A DNA stretch of 64,000 nucleotides from assembly GCA_043228905.1 (NCBI GenBank), contig JBHGNT010000013.1, forward strand, positions 3,906,001 through 3,970,000. Direction: 5' to 3'. The notes beneath the pieces were generated by a model, which saw nothing but the letters and a program-made list of their open reading frames with translations, ran no database searches and was not told where the DNA came from. This DNA is from Azolla caroliniana (taxonomy: Eukaryota; Plantae; Polypodiophyta). Shown here piece by piece: positions 26,001 to 37,200 of the stretch; within the stretch, counting starts at the first letter, position 1, and every line of letters begins with the position of its first letter. The position numbers and the translations under genes were made by a program.

Positions 26001-27029
26001 GTCCAACACTGTTTTAAGTTACATTGGCAGTGGTTATTAGCTCAACGTTTGGAGCTTACTCAACATTGGGTCTGGTCTGACGGAGCTGCGTCACAATTCA
26101 AGGCTCGACGTCCATTTTATTTTGTGGGGAGGTATCCTGCTATAACAGGTTTGGAGATGAGATGGAATTTTTTTGGGTCTGGCCATGGTAAAGGTGAACA
26201 TGATGGTGCAGGGGCTGTTATAAAGCGGGCACTTACCCATGAACAACTAAAGACAGATGGTGTGCACATGAATTGTGCATCACATGTAGTTGAATTTTTA
26301 AGAACAAATATGTCGACGAGTGCCACAGGTGTTTATTCCTCGCAAGTTCGAGATATCAAACGTGAATTTTGGGAAGTGAAGATAGATGAAGTAAATAGGG
26401 AGAAGACCTAGGAGTGCCAAGGAATTCCCGAATTGCGATCTCTGCATGCTGTTCGCGGTTATTCCAGGTTGGATGGTCATTGTATTGCGGTTAGAGAATT
26501 GACTTGTTTTTGCTTCCATTGTGTGCAGGGAAATTGGAGATATTGTCTAAACAAAGCATACATTCAGAATTGGGAGTATCACACTCTGAATGATAAGGAA
26601 GCAGTTGATGGAGAAACAGGGCAGAATGCTGACTTCACATATGAGGGACTTGGAGATACTTTGAGTGATGTCCTGAACGTTGGGGATAACTTCGCTGTAA
26701 ATGCTGAAGAAGGCAATTCAGAGGGTGCTGATTTCTATATATTAAAGTGCACGGTTAGTAAACAGTGTGCAAGGCAGAATATTGTAGATGCATGGGGAAA
26801 TTTTGTATCTGCCGGGACATTCTACATCGAAGGCATTTTTTATGCAAAACTAGATGACTACGAATATGTGTACAGGCTGTTAGAAGACAAACCAGCGGCG
26901 TATATGTACTCTCATTTGGTCAGATGCATCAACGTCCCAATGTCAGAATACAATAGCTGCTCCGGTTTATACACTGTTGGTGCTAATGTGTATGAATGTA
27001 TTTACAATAGTATGCCATGGAATTTGTAG
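23062..27029 (+). pseudogene. Sola2-like DDD transposase (~860 aa), two exons, one in-frame TAG at 26409-26411
   Basis: Exons 23062-23811 and 25188-27029 joined by a phase-0 GT-AG intron. Motifs CCCIYH, VVDFAENY, EIQSMHW, WSDGAASQFK, FFGSGHGKGEHDGAGAVIKR. Confidence 0.85.
23870..25165. repeat. intronic array of palindrome TAGCTAATTAGCTA (~20-bp period)
   Basis: Dozens of copies with short spacers (ccatga, ctagga, ctacga); lies essentially within intron 23812-25187. Confidence 0.95.
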
Positions 27030-27505
27030 CTACAAGTAGCACTTACCATGTTCTCTTGTAAAACAAACATGTATTTCGCGAAAACAGATCAATAAATTCG
27101 TTTGGAATCCATTTCTTGTATACAGTCTACTTTCTGTGCTTCTTTCTCAATAAAATCATGTCTTTTTTGTTAAGTTTTAAGTTATAAGTTATAGCGAAAT
27201 AGTCATCAGTAGCTAATTAGCTGTACAAATGCAGCTAATTAGCTGTACAAATGTATTTACAATAGTATGCCATGGAATTTGTAGCTACAAGTAGCACTTA
27301 CCATGTTCTCTTGTAAAACAAACATGTATTTCGCGAAAACAGATCAATAAATTCGTTTGGAATCAATTTCTTGTATACAGTCTGCTTTCTGTGCTTCTTT
27401 CTCAATAAAATCATGTCTTTTTTGTTAAGTTTTAAGTTATAAGTTATAGCGAAATAGTCATCAGTAGCTAATTAGCTGTACAAATGCAGCTAATTAGCTG
27501 TACAA
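26996..27505. repeat. 255-bp tandem duplication at the transposase 3' end
   Basis: atgtatttacaatagtatgccatgg... starts at 26996 and again at 27251, near identical. Confidence 0.9.
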
Positions 27506-27653
27506 ATGCAGCTAATTAGCTGTCAATAGCTAAATAGTCATCAATAGAATGAAATCAACAATCTGCAACATATTCCTCAAATTACACAGTAGATAAGTAC
27601 AGTGGGAACAAGTAATTAAATTCTTCATTGAATAATGTCATCTCTTTACATAT

Positions 27654-28708
27654 TTATAAATTACCATTGGAAATGTCTACAAATCTCCTATAAACAGCTA
27701 AGCTCTTGCTAGTCAGTGGAACGAGTCTACATATATTATCCGCATATTGAGCTCGGTATGGAGTCCACAACCATGCACCTAGTTGGTAGCTCACTGTTTG
27801 CACCAGGTACTGTTCAGGCATTTCCTCGGGTAGAATGAGACAGCATCTCCGAATATTGAAGTAGTGTCGGAAATGTTCTGTATCCAAAATCAATGTATTG
27901 TCAGCATTATATTCAGGCCAAGTAGCCCAAAAATCAGAAAGTCTCTTGAATCTTGCAGCTTCCATCTGCTCACAATTTTCTCGTGCCCATTGACCTTTAA
28001 AACGACTTCGCCATTTTGGGAAGAATCTTGCCAAACACTTCCACACATCTGATTTTGGTTTTTCACTCCAAATAAACAAATCAAAGTACTCCACAGCCCA
28101 CTCTAGAAACTGATTTGCGTCCCTCCTTGGCTGCATATATCTCACACTCATCAAGACTTTATCCAGCTCCAAGATCAAGGCTCTTCTTTCGACTTCTAGT
28201 GGTTTAGGTTTCCATTCCTGAAACTGAGCCGCTGTTACACCATTTTCTGGTAGGATACGATCAATCTCAATCAGCTCAGGTTCGGCTGACACAACTGGTG
28301 TCCTTTTCCTCTTTAAACCCCTAGTCGACTGTGTTGGGCCTAGCTTCACATTCTGGTGCTATTGTTTTGTCGACTTAGTTATCAATCCTTGGATTACCTC
28401 AGTGCATGTAGCTACTGTTCTGCTCGATATCAGTCCACTGGTATCACATGCTGCATCTACCTGCAACACCAAGTCATCCGTGCTACATGCTGCATCTACC
28501 TGCAACACCAAGTCATCCGTGCTACATGCTGCATCTACCTGCAACACCAAGTCATCCGTGCTACATGCTTGATCAACTTGTGTGACCAGATCACTTGTGT
28601 CAGTTGCTACATCTACTTTCAAGATGGGGCCCTTTAAACATGCCGCAACATCAACAGTATCCACACTGCCATTGGCCTTACGAGCAATAGAATCAAACCC
28701 TTTAGACT
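27654..28708 (-). pseudogene. FCP1/SCP (NIF, HAD-fold) phosphatase-like ORF preceded by 36-bp repeats; in-frame TAG at 28359-28361
   Basis: LILELDKVL..PRRDANQFLEWAVEYFDLFIWS..KRLSDFW..NTLILD resembles the NIF domain, with DxD changed to ExD. ORFs 28359-28787 and 27654-28349 share a frame. CAG acceptor at 28709-28711. Confidence 0.65.
28445..28570. repeat. 36-bp coding tandem repeat (VDAACSTDDLVLQ-type unit)
   Basis: About 3.5 near-identical copies of the unit beginning acatgctgcatctacctgcaacaccaag; exact period judged by eye. Confidence 0.8.
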
Positions 28709-28957
28709 CTGCAACATCAGAAAACACCAACATATTCACACTCACAAAGTAACTAATAGTCTCACAAAACAATATCCTGAACATCAAAGAGTTTCAGTCA
28801 TAGAACAACACTCTTCAAATTATCTTGGAAAAACATCATAGAGTTCCATTACATAATGTGGATCAAGCAACAACCAATCTGAGGTTTTACTCGTCCAACA
28901 GGATAGTAAAACTTCATAAAACCCTAGCAAAATCCCTAAGCTAACAATCATATCCAA

Positions 28958-31900
28958 CTAAACAGTATTTCGCTCCACTACGTCTGGGCCCCTTGACCGA
29001 GTAACTAGTCTTGTTCCCGATCGTGGCCCCTTCTTCAGCCTTTTTCTGGTTGGTTCCTCATTTAGCCTTGCTTCTAGGACCCAATGCGCAAGTGTGTCCT
29101 CCTCCGACAACCTTCCCATCGCCTCAGCAGCTAATTGCACATCAGCCGTTTCTTGAACTAGCTTTTCAAGTACAGAGGGATCTGTTTGGACATTTTCAGT
29201 ACTTGGGCTCGGTGGGGTGGAATCAAGGTCTTGAGACTCGAAGAAATGTTGCATCAAGTGTTCATAAACACTGTTGTTGTGAACCTCAGTTTTACATGTT
29301 GTTTCCACTATTTCATGGCATTTCACATCGTTGCCTAATTCAGTACACTGTTCCAAAAGAATAGGGTGCAGCTGATCTGAAGGAGATGTGATAGCAGGAC
29401 TCTTACTTTCAGCCACATTGGCAGTAGTATCCTCATCTGTTGCAGCATCATCAGCACCAGACACATCATGTGCCGTCCTTAATCCACAAGATTCTACAAT
29501 AACATGACAGTTATTTAGGATAGCTAATTAGCTACTTTACTAAACTATGGTAGAAGCTAGGATAGCTAATTAGCTAGTATGATAGCTAATTAGCTAGTAT
29601 GATAGCTAATTAGGTACTTTACTCAACTATGGTAGTAGTTAGGATAGCTAATTAGGTACTTTACTCAACTATGGTAGTAGTTAGGATAGCTTATTAGCTA
29701 CTAGGACAACTAATTAGCTGCCAGTAGCTAATTAGCTACTAGGATAGCTAATTAGCTGCCAGTAGCTAATTAGCTACTAGGATAGCTTATTAGCTACTTT
29801 ACACAACTATGGCAGTAGCTACTAGGATAGCTAATTCGCTAGGATAGCTAATTCGCTAGTAGGATAGCTAATTAGTTGCCAGCAGCTAATTAGCTAGTAG
29901 GATAGCTAATTAGCTACTAGGATAGCTAATTAGTTGCCAGTAGCTAATTAGCTAGTAGGATAGCTAATTAGGTACTTTACTCAACTATGGTAGTAGCTAA
30001 TTAGCTAGTAGGATAGCTAATTAGGTACTTTACTCAACTATGGTAGTAGCTAATTAGCTAGTAGGATAGCTAATTAGCTACTAGGATAGCTAATTAGCTG
30101 CTAGTAGCTAATTAGCTACTAGGATAGCTTATTAGCTACTTTACACAACTATGGCAGTAGCTAATTAGTTACTAGGATAGCTAATTAGTTGCAAGTGGCT
30201 AATTAGCTAGTAGGATACCTAATTAGCTTTTTTACACAACTATAGTACTAGCTAATTAGCTAGTACCATAGCTAATTACCTACTAGGATAGCTAATTAGC
30301 TAGTAGGATAGCTTATTAGCTACTTTACACAACTATAGTAGTAGCTAGGATAGCTAATTAGCTACTATGGTAGCTAATTAGCTACTTTACTCAACTATGG
30401 TAGTAGCTAGGATAGCTAATTAGCTACTTTACTAACTATGGTAGTAGCTAGGATAGCTAATTAGCTACTTTACTAACTATGGTGGTAGCTAGGATAGCTA
30501 ATTAGCTACAATGAAAGCTAATTAGCTACTTTCTCAACTATGTAGTAGCTAGGATAGCTTATTAGCTACTAGGACAGCTAATTAGCTGCCAGTAGCTAAT
30601 TAGCTACTAGGATAGCTTATTAGCTACTTTACACAACTATGTCAGTAGCTAATTAGCTACTATGATAGCTAATTAGCTAGTAGGATAGCTAATTAGCTAG
30701 TAGGATAGCTAATTAGTTGCCAGTAGCTAATTAGCTAGTAGGATAGCTAATTAGCTATTTTACACAACTATGCTACTAGCTAATTAGCTAGTACCATAGC
30801 TAACTAGCTACTAGGATAGCTTATTAGCTACTTTACACAACTATGTCAGTAGCTAATTAGCTACTATGATAGCTAATTAGCTAGTAGAATAACTAATTAG
30901 CTAGTAGGATAGCTAATTAGTTGCCAGTAGCTAATTAGCTAGTAGGATAGCTAATTAGCTTTTTTACACAACTATGGTACTAGCTAATTAGCTAGTACCA
31001 TAGCTAACTAGCTACTAGGATAGCTTATTAGCTACTTTACACAACTATGGCAGTAGCTAATTAGTTACTAGGATAGCTAATTAGTTGCCAGTGGCTAATT
31101 AGCTAGTAGGATAGCTATTTAGCTTTTTTACACAACTATGGTACTAGCTAATTAGCTAGTACCATAGCTAATTAGCTACTAGGATAGCTAATTAGCTAGT
31201 AGCTCATTAGCTGCCAGTAGCTAATTAGCTAGTAGGATAGCTAATTAGAAAAGACTAAGCTTATTAGCTACAGTATGGTATACCTGTTTGTTTTCTCCAC
31301 TCATTTGGTAGAGTTGTACTGCAATCTCCCAAACAGAATGCAGCAATTCGACAGGCATGTTGAAAACAAAGAAGATGGTATGTGTGGTTGCATGGTTGTA
31401 GGTGAACCAACAAAGACGCAGTTTTGTCCTCCACACCTAACCCGCAAGCGATGCAACGTGCTTGAACTGTCAATAAATCATTTTCTGGTTCTACTTCATT
31501 TGGTAAGGGAGCAAGAATGTTCAGGTCCAAATCCTGTCTGGTCCTTACCATTCCCTCCACAAAATGTAGCTTCTTCTTAAGGCAGCTAACTACCTGTTCT
31601 TGATGAATGTATTGTTCCTTCAACGCAATAGAGAAATTTACCGATTAATTATTCTTGTTGTTGAAAGATACACCAACTTTGCTCAGGAATCGTTAACTTA
31701 CTTGAAGCTTTTCCAAATTGTAATCTGCAACAGTATTTACACCTAGAAGGTCCAGGTTCATTGAAAGAACCTGGATCTCTATTTGAAATTCTATTTTACG
31801 GTGGGGATCCAGTGGCCCCTCTAATTCAAGCTCCTGTTGCGCAACCTATTCCAGATAATGCTTGATTAGCACATTTTACCCGTTATTTATAACACAATCA

Positions 31901-33167
31901 CATACCAGCAAAACAATAGTTACCTGAATCTTATTTCTAATTGTTGTAACAGCAGAAGTAACTTTGCTCTCCATTGCAGAAGCCATTGTGGCTTTCTCTA
32001 AATCAGTCTTAAAAAATGCCAATGTCTCACAGGCTTCATGGACATTTTTTAGCATATAGCTAACCAATGTCTGACCTGTATCATCGACATTGGCTTTCCT
32101 TGGGTGTCGGTGTGGTGTATGCCCCCGGTCTTGCTGGGAGTCGGCAGTTGCATCAACAGCTGCCATGCTCCAAAATCTGTCTATTTTTTGTGCCAAGGTC
32201 CCCATCTTTCGGCATCTTTTTACCGATGCCTCACCATAGACTGCCCAAGCTACCCTATACATTTCAGGGTCTCTAGATTCCTTCGCTGTTTTGCAGTACT
32301 CATATGCAAATGCTCTAGCAAATGAAACTGACAACTCATTGTTGACTGGGATCTCCTGATGAACTTTCTGGTGCAGTCTCATGCAGTCATCGTACAAGTC
32401 GGCTCGTACATGCTTCAGCTTGACCTTGCCTTTGACTCTAGGCACTGTATATACTGTCATCCAGTCTATATCACTGATCAATTTATCACTTAGGACAGCA
32501 GGGTCAACACCCTCGAGTGACAGACCATAGGTGTTGTGGAAGTCCTCCTTTGTCTCGCAAAATTTTGCGAAGTTTAGCACTCTCGTATACGGAGGAACGA
32601 GCCATCTGAAATATCATTTCAGAAATCAGAAATAGTGCAAAATCAGAATATGTGAGAATCAAAAACCCCAATCAACAACAACAAAAATGGTGCAAAATCT
32701 TTAACTTAGCAAATCAGAAACCCTAATCATAATTTGTAATCAAATTTCTAATTTGTAATCAAAATTTGTAACCAGAAACCCTATTCAGAAATTCTAATCA
32801 GAAATTTATAATCAAAAACCCTAATCAGAAATTTCAATCACAAACCCTAATCAGAAATTTCAATCACAAACCCTAATCACTAAAGACAGGATTAAACACA
32901 AAAAAAGTAATATAAACACACCTGTTGCTACTCCCCGATTTGCGAGACATCCTTGTATGGGACTCCAAGGACTTCGCCCTATTCGATTTTGGGGAAATAT
33001 GAATCGGCACCAAAGTTCAAACAGTAGTAAAAAAGAAAAAACAAATGTTTGGGGTTTCTGTACCTGGACGATGATCGAGCGGGTTCTGTGTTGTAGCTCT
33101 CAATCTGCAATGTCGATTTTTTGCTGTTGCGGGAGCTACGTCTGCGTTCGTGCTCTGAGTACTCCAT
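28958..33167 (-). CDS. six-exon cargo gene, ~618 aa, RING-H2 zinc-finger protein
   Basis: Exons 33167-33064, 32978-32922, 32605-31924, 31845-31702, 31617-31284, 29493-28958 join phase-compatibly through GT-AG introns into a stop-free frame. RING-H2 pattern CIAC-x17-CNHTYHLLC-x10-CLGDC. Confidence 0.72.
29515..31270. repeat. second intronic array of palindrome TAGCTAATTAGCTA
   Basis: Fills predicted intron 29494-31283 of the RING gene; spacers ctagga, gccag, ctttacacaactatgg. Confidence 0.95.
32690..32880. repeat. AAACCCTAATCAGAAAT short repeats (telo-box-like) in intron 2 of the RING gene
   Basis: About five aaacccta(a/t)tca copies. Confidence 0.7.
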
Positions 33168-34204
33168 CTGCGTTCAAAATCAGACTTAGGCTAAACAGGA
33201 AATTGATGACATTGAAGTCGACCTTAGATGATGGTGATATTCCCCAAGTTCCACTACGTCTGAAACAGAAGTTCAAATATTTGAGTTTTTTCATAAATTA
33301 GTTTTTCAAATATTTGATTTTCCCACAAGAAAGACTAGCTAAACAAATAGCTAATTAGCTATGGCCATTTTAGTAGCTAATTAGCTATAATAGTGTTTCC
33401 ACTCGCATGCTTTTACCCTACTGCCGATCGAAGGGAATCTGGCTCGAATACATCGTGTCGAAGACACCGGAGCTTAATGGGCTAGTTGAGAGGATGGAGA
33501 GGGTCCGAAGTATGGTAGCACATGGCAAGTTGTCCAAGACGTTCTGGGCTGAGGCGCTGATGACAACAGTGTACGTGATAAATAGATCACCCTCTGCACC
33601 CTTGGGCGGAGATGTTCCACAAAGGGTGTGGATTGACAAAGACATATCGTACTGACACTTGAGGGTGTTCGGTTGTCTTGCCTACGTACACGTGGCTAAG
33701 GACCAAAGGGGCAAGTTAGATTCGAAATCTCCACCATGAATATTTCTCGACTACGGCAACAAAGAATTCGTCTATCGGCAATGGGACCTAATCAACAAGA
33801 AGGTGATTAAGAAACGATAATAGCCGATTGGGAGTAGGAAAATAAGCTTGTCGTTGCGAATTCTAGCCGAGTCGATGAACGGCCGAATCAAATGTCGGTC
33901 AAATCGACTGAAATCGGATACGAACCAGTCGACCGAATCAATAATCGGCAAAATCGAGAATTGACTAAGGAACAAGAGGAACCAGCCGACCAAGGAGCCG
34001 AATACGACTCGGCCGAAGAAGTCAAACAGGGACCAACTATGCGGAATGAAGGCTGAAAATATCCCCGGAGAGAGAAGGGCCCGCCGGAGATTTTCGAATG
34101 AAGAACGCGTCTTATTAACCAATGAGGGGGAGCCAGAGAGCTTTGAGGAAACAAAGAACAATACCCACAATAAAAAATGGTTAAGTGCCATGCAAGAGGA
34201 GATG

Positions 34205-37200
34205 TGTTGCTCCTTCCTGGAGAACACCTTCGATTACTCCTCTTGATTAATCAAGTTAAGGAATCATGGTGCATAGGGACTAGGGGCCCGAGCAGGGGTC
34301 AGATCGTTACGACCGATTTAGATTAACACTCTGACAACCGGCTACAACTAGTTGGTACATACACCTTATAGAACCAACGTAACCAAGTAGAGATAGATAA
34401 AAAATGAGACAAACACAGAGATTGACCCACAAGTATATATGTATTCGATTGTTGCAACATACAATAAAGATACAAATACAATGACCGACTAGAACCTGTA
34501 TCGCTCACTCACTCAGTACTAAACTAGAACTAGGCTTAATGGAGTCTAGGATTCCTATTTTTCTCTCTTCTGGTACAAACCCCTTCTCGATTATATAGCC
34601 TTTCCTTTGCTTGGCGCTTGCCAACCACTCTTCCTTGATATTCGGATTCTACCTTCGGTTGATAGTGTTCGGCTCCTTTTGTTCTTTTCACATTCGTCCT
34701 ACGCGTCGCTTTTATACTTTGTTCCTACTGTCCCACAGATAACACCTGACACACTCGTGGAATATTGCGTTGCACGTCGAACCCAAACATTGACCAAAAA
34801 TTGAAGTCTGAAAAATCGAAAGTATTGCACCCGAAAAAAATTAAAAAAATCGAAAGAATCGAAAAATTTCTATGGTACATTAGTCTTCCTCCAAGATTGA
34901 TGTAATGCCGTCCACATGCTCTGTCTCATCTGGTTTGAGGTCGGCCGAGAGCTCGACATGTTGCTCGTGTGCTTCATTCTCTAGGATGGTTTCTTGTGCT
35001 GGTTCATCCTGTTGGGGAGCTTCTTTTGGATACTCTCCTCCTCAGACTCCTTTTTTGTTTTTGGCCCCGTCTCTTACTCTGGCCCCGCTTGCTCTTGCTC
35101 CTTATCTAGGTCTCGCTCTTCATCGGTTATTAGCTCCTCACTGGCTTGTTTGTGCACATGATCGTGGTGGCTTTCTTGGAAACCTTCATTGCTAACCTCG
35201 GCTGAGGCTTCGAATGTTGTTTCTTCTTGGAGCCTCTCTCATTCGTACCGCTCTTGTTCTCGAATTCCTGTGGTAATTGTTTAAACACCTCGCTATGTGT
35301 CTGGGCAAGAGGGACAAATTCCTCTGTCAGGTCTTCTCGGAGCATTTGGACGCTGCTTTCGTCCATCTTGAAAAATCCTCGGCCTTCTTTTTGTCGATTC
35401 TCGTGGTTAGCTTGAAAAATATGCAATTTGGCCGCCTATGCCGACCATGTTTTGTAGCCGTTGGACAAGGCATCGGTGATTTGGGAGTACAATCATTGTC
35501 GATGTTTGCGGAGCAAAATTTTAATCTGTGTTTTGTCCATCTCACTCTTCACTCGGCATTCCCGCAGGCCGCTTTCAAATCGTGCGTGTTGAGCATACAT
35601 CTCCTCCATTTGAGCCCGCATAGTTGTGACTCGAGCATCACAGTAATCACATTCGACTAGCTCGTGCTCTGCCCGTTGGATAACATGTCGGGTGTTGTGG
35701 ATTTCTTGACGATACATCGCAATTTTGTCACGTTGCAGCCGATCACGGATTTGGAGGTCGAGCAACTGTTGGTGAAATCTGATGAATTCTGCTACCAGTA
35801 TGTGGTTCTCCTTTTCCAGTTCCTCGTGGCGCTCCTGAGATCCATTCAGGGCCTCCTTATAGTTGGCTATTGTATCCCGTAGTGAATTTTGAAAGCCGGC
35901 TTTGACCGTTTTTATGGTTAGTGTGCGCGCGCAAAGCTGTGGCATGCTCATCTCCTTAAGCGCGTAGGCTCTGGTCTGCATTTTTCTTGTGCTGGTTCAG
36001 GCGTTCTGCGGGATGCACCTTCTGTGCTTCCATGGCTCTAATAAAGTCCTCCTCTCTTTTTTTCAATGTTGTGTCGAATTGTGCTTGCAATTCCACCTCG
36101 CATGCAATTCCAGTCGCAGGCCGATTTCCTATGCATCGGGGTGAGGCGGTGTGTCTACAACTTTCAAGTATCCGCACAGACTGTGCTTGCGCAACCAGGT
36201 GCGGAGTTCCATGGAACCTTCGATTGGCGTGGTGAGTACTTTTGTTTGGGGAGAGAGGGGAGAGGAAGGCTTCCGTGCAATCTTCCGTGCAAAGGGTCAA
36301 GAAGGCGGAGAGCTTGGACAGGAGGCTTGAGGGCTAAGTGCTTCTTTGTGTAAATGAGGTTTTGGCCTCTGTGAAACCGCTTTTTGTTGAGGATGTTGTT
36401 CCCGAGGTGCGTCCTTGTGCCCTAGATTTAGAAAACTTCACTCCCATTCCTTCTATTAATTCCACGCGTTGAAAAGGATGTGTACTTGCTTTTCCTTGTT
36501 GCACGTGCATGCTCTTTAAATACTCAACTTAATGGGCGTTTTTTTCAGGTAGGTGGGGTAGTTACCATAATTGGGGTGACGTACCCTCGTGAGTCGTCAT
36601 GTGACCTATCTCAGGCTGACCGAGGTCGTGCCGTTTGTCCGAAAATGGGTTGGGAGGTGTATGGCCGAAATTTGGCTTCAATCGGAACCCATTGACCCAT
36701 TTCGACATGATATCTCTGGCTAATGTACCGAGCAGAAAGGTTCCGTTGAATTCGCCGATTATCCAAAACGAACCTGTCCATCAAAACCGGAGCTTCCTCG
36801 GCATCGAGCCGAGCCGAGTTTGAAACACCAGAACTGCCTTGATGATTCCCAATGATTTCTCGTTCCCTTTGTGATGACGATCAACAAATGCTTTATGCCG
36901 GTGTTGACCATGTTCCAGATAGCTGAGACTGACAAGCTCATCTTCCCGAAGTTCGAGTCGTTTTTGTTCTGACTTTGTTTCAGGGAGTCGTTGCGAGATC
37001 TGCATGTGTAAGCTTGGCACCTGGAATTCAATCAGCATGACGGCTTCTAATCCGAATGCCAACCGAAAAGGCATGGACTTAATGTTGTTGTCGAAGGTTG
37101 TGCAATAAGCCCAAACTGCGTTGTGCAGCTTGTCATCCCAATTCAATTTTCATTCATGATTGTTTTAAGGATGGTCTGGAGCATCTTAGTTGTCGATTCG

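Larger units (their letters stand above)
21639..33418. mobile_element. Sola2-like DNA transposon (11.8 kb) with RING and FCP1-like cargo and palindrome arrays
   Basis: 25-bp TIRs GGGT(G/A)AAAGCATGCGAGTGGAAACA (21639-21663 / 33394-33418, one mismatch). 4-bp TSD TACT. Excision restores copia integrase FEEYCRSKGI. Confidence 0.93.

Noticed and set aside
23870-31270. CRISPR or spacer-storing array based on the palindromic repeat
   Set aside because: Spacers are about 3-25 bp and themselves recur; this is a minisatellite
19007-31270. The methyltransferase of element 1 targets the AGCT/AATT palindromes of element 2
   Set aside because: The elements are independent insertions with different TIRs, and element 1 lacks the motif arrays; only proximity supports the idea
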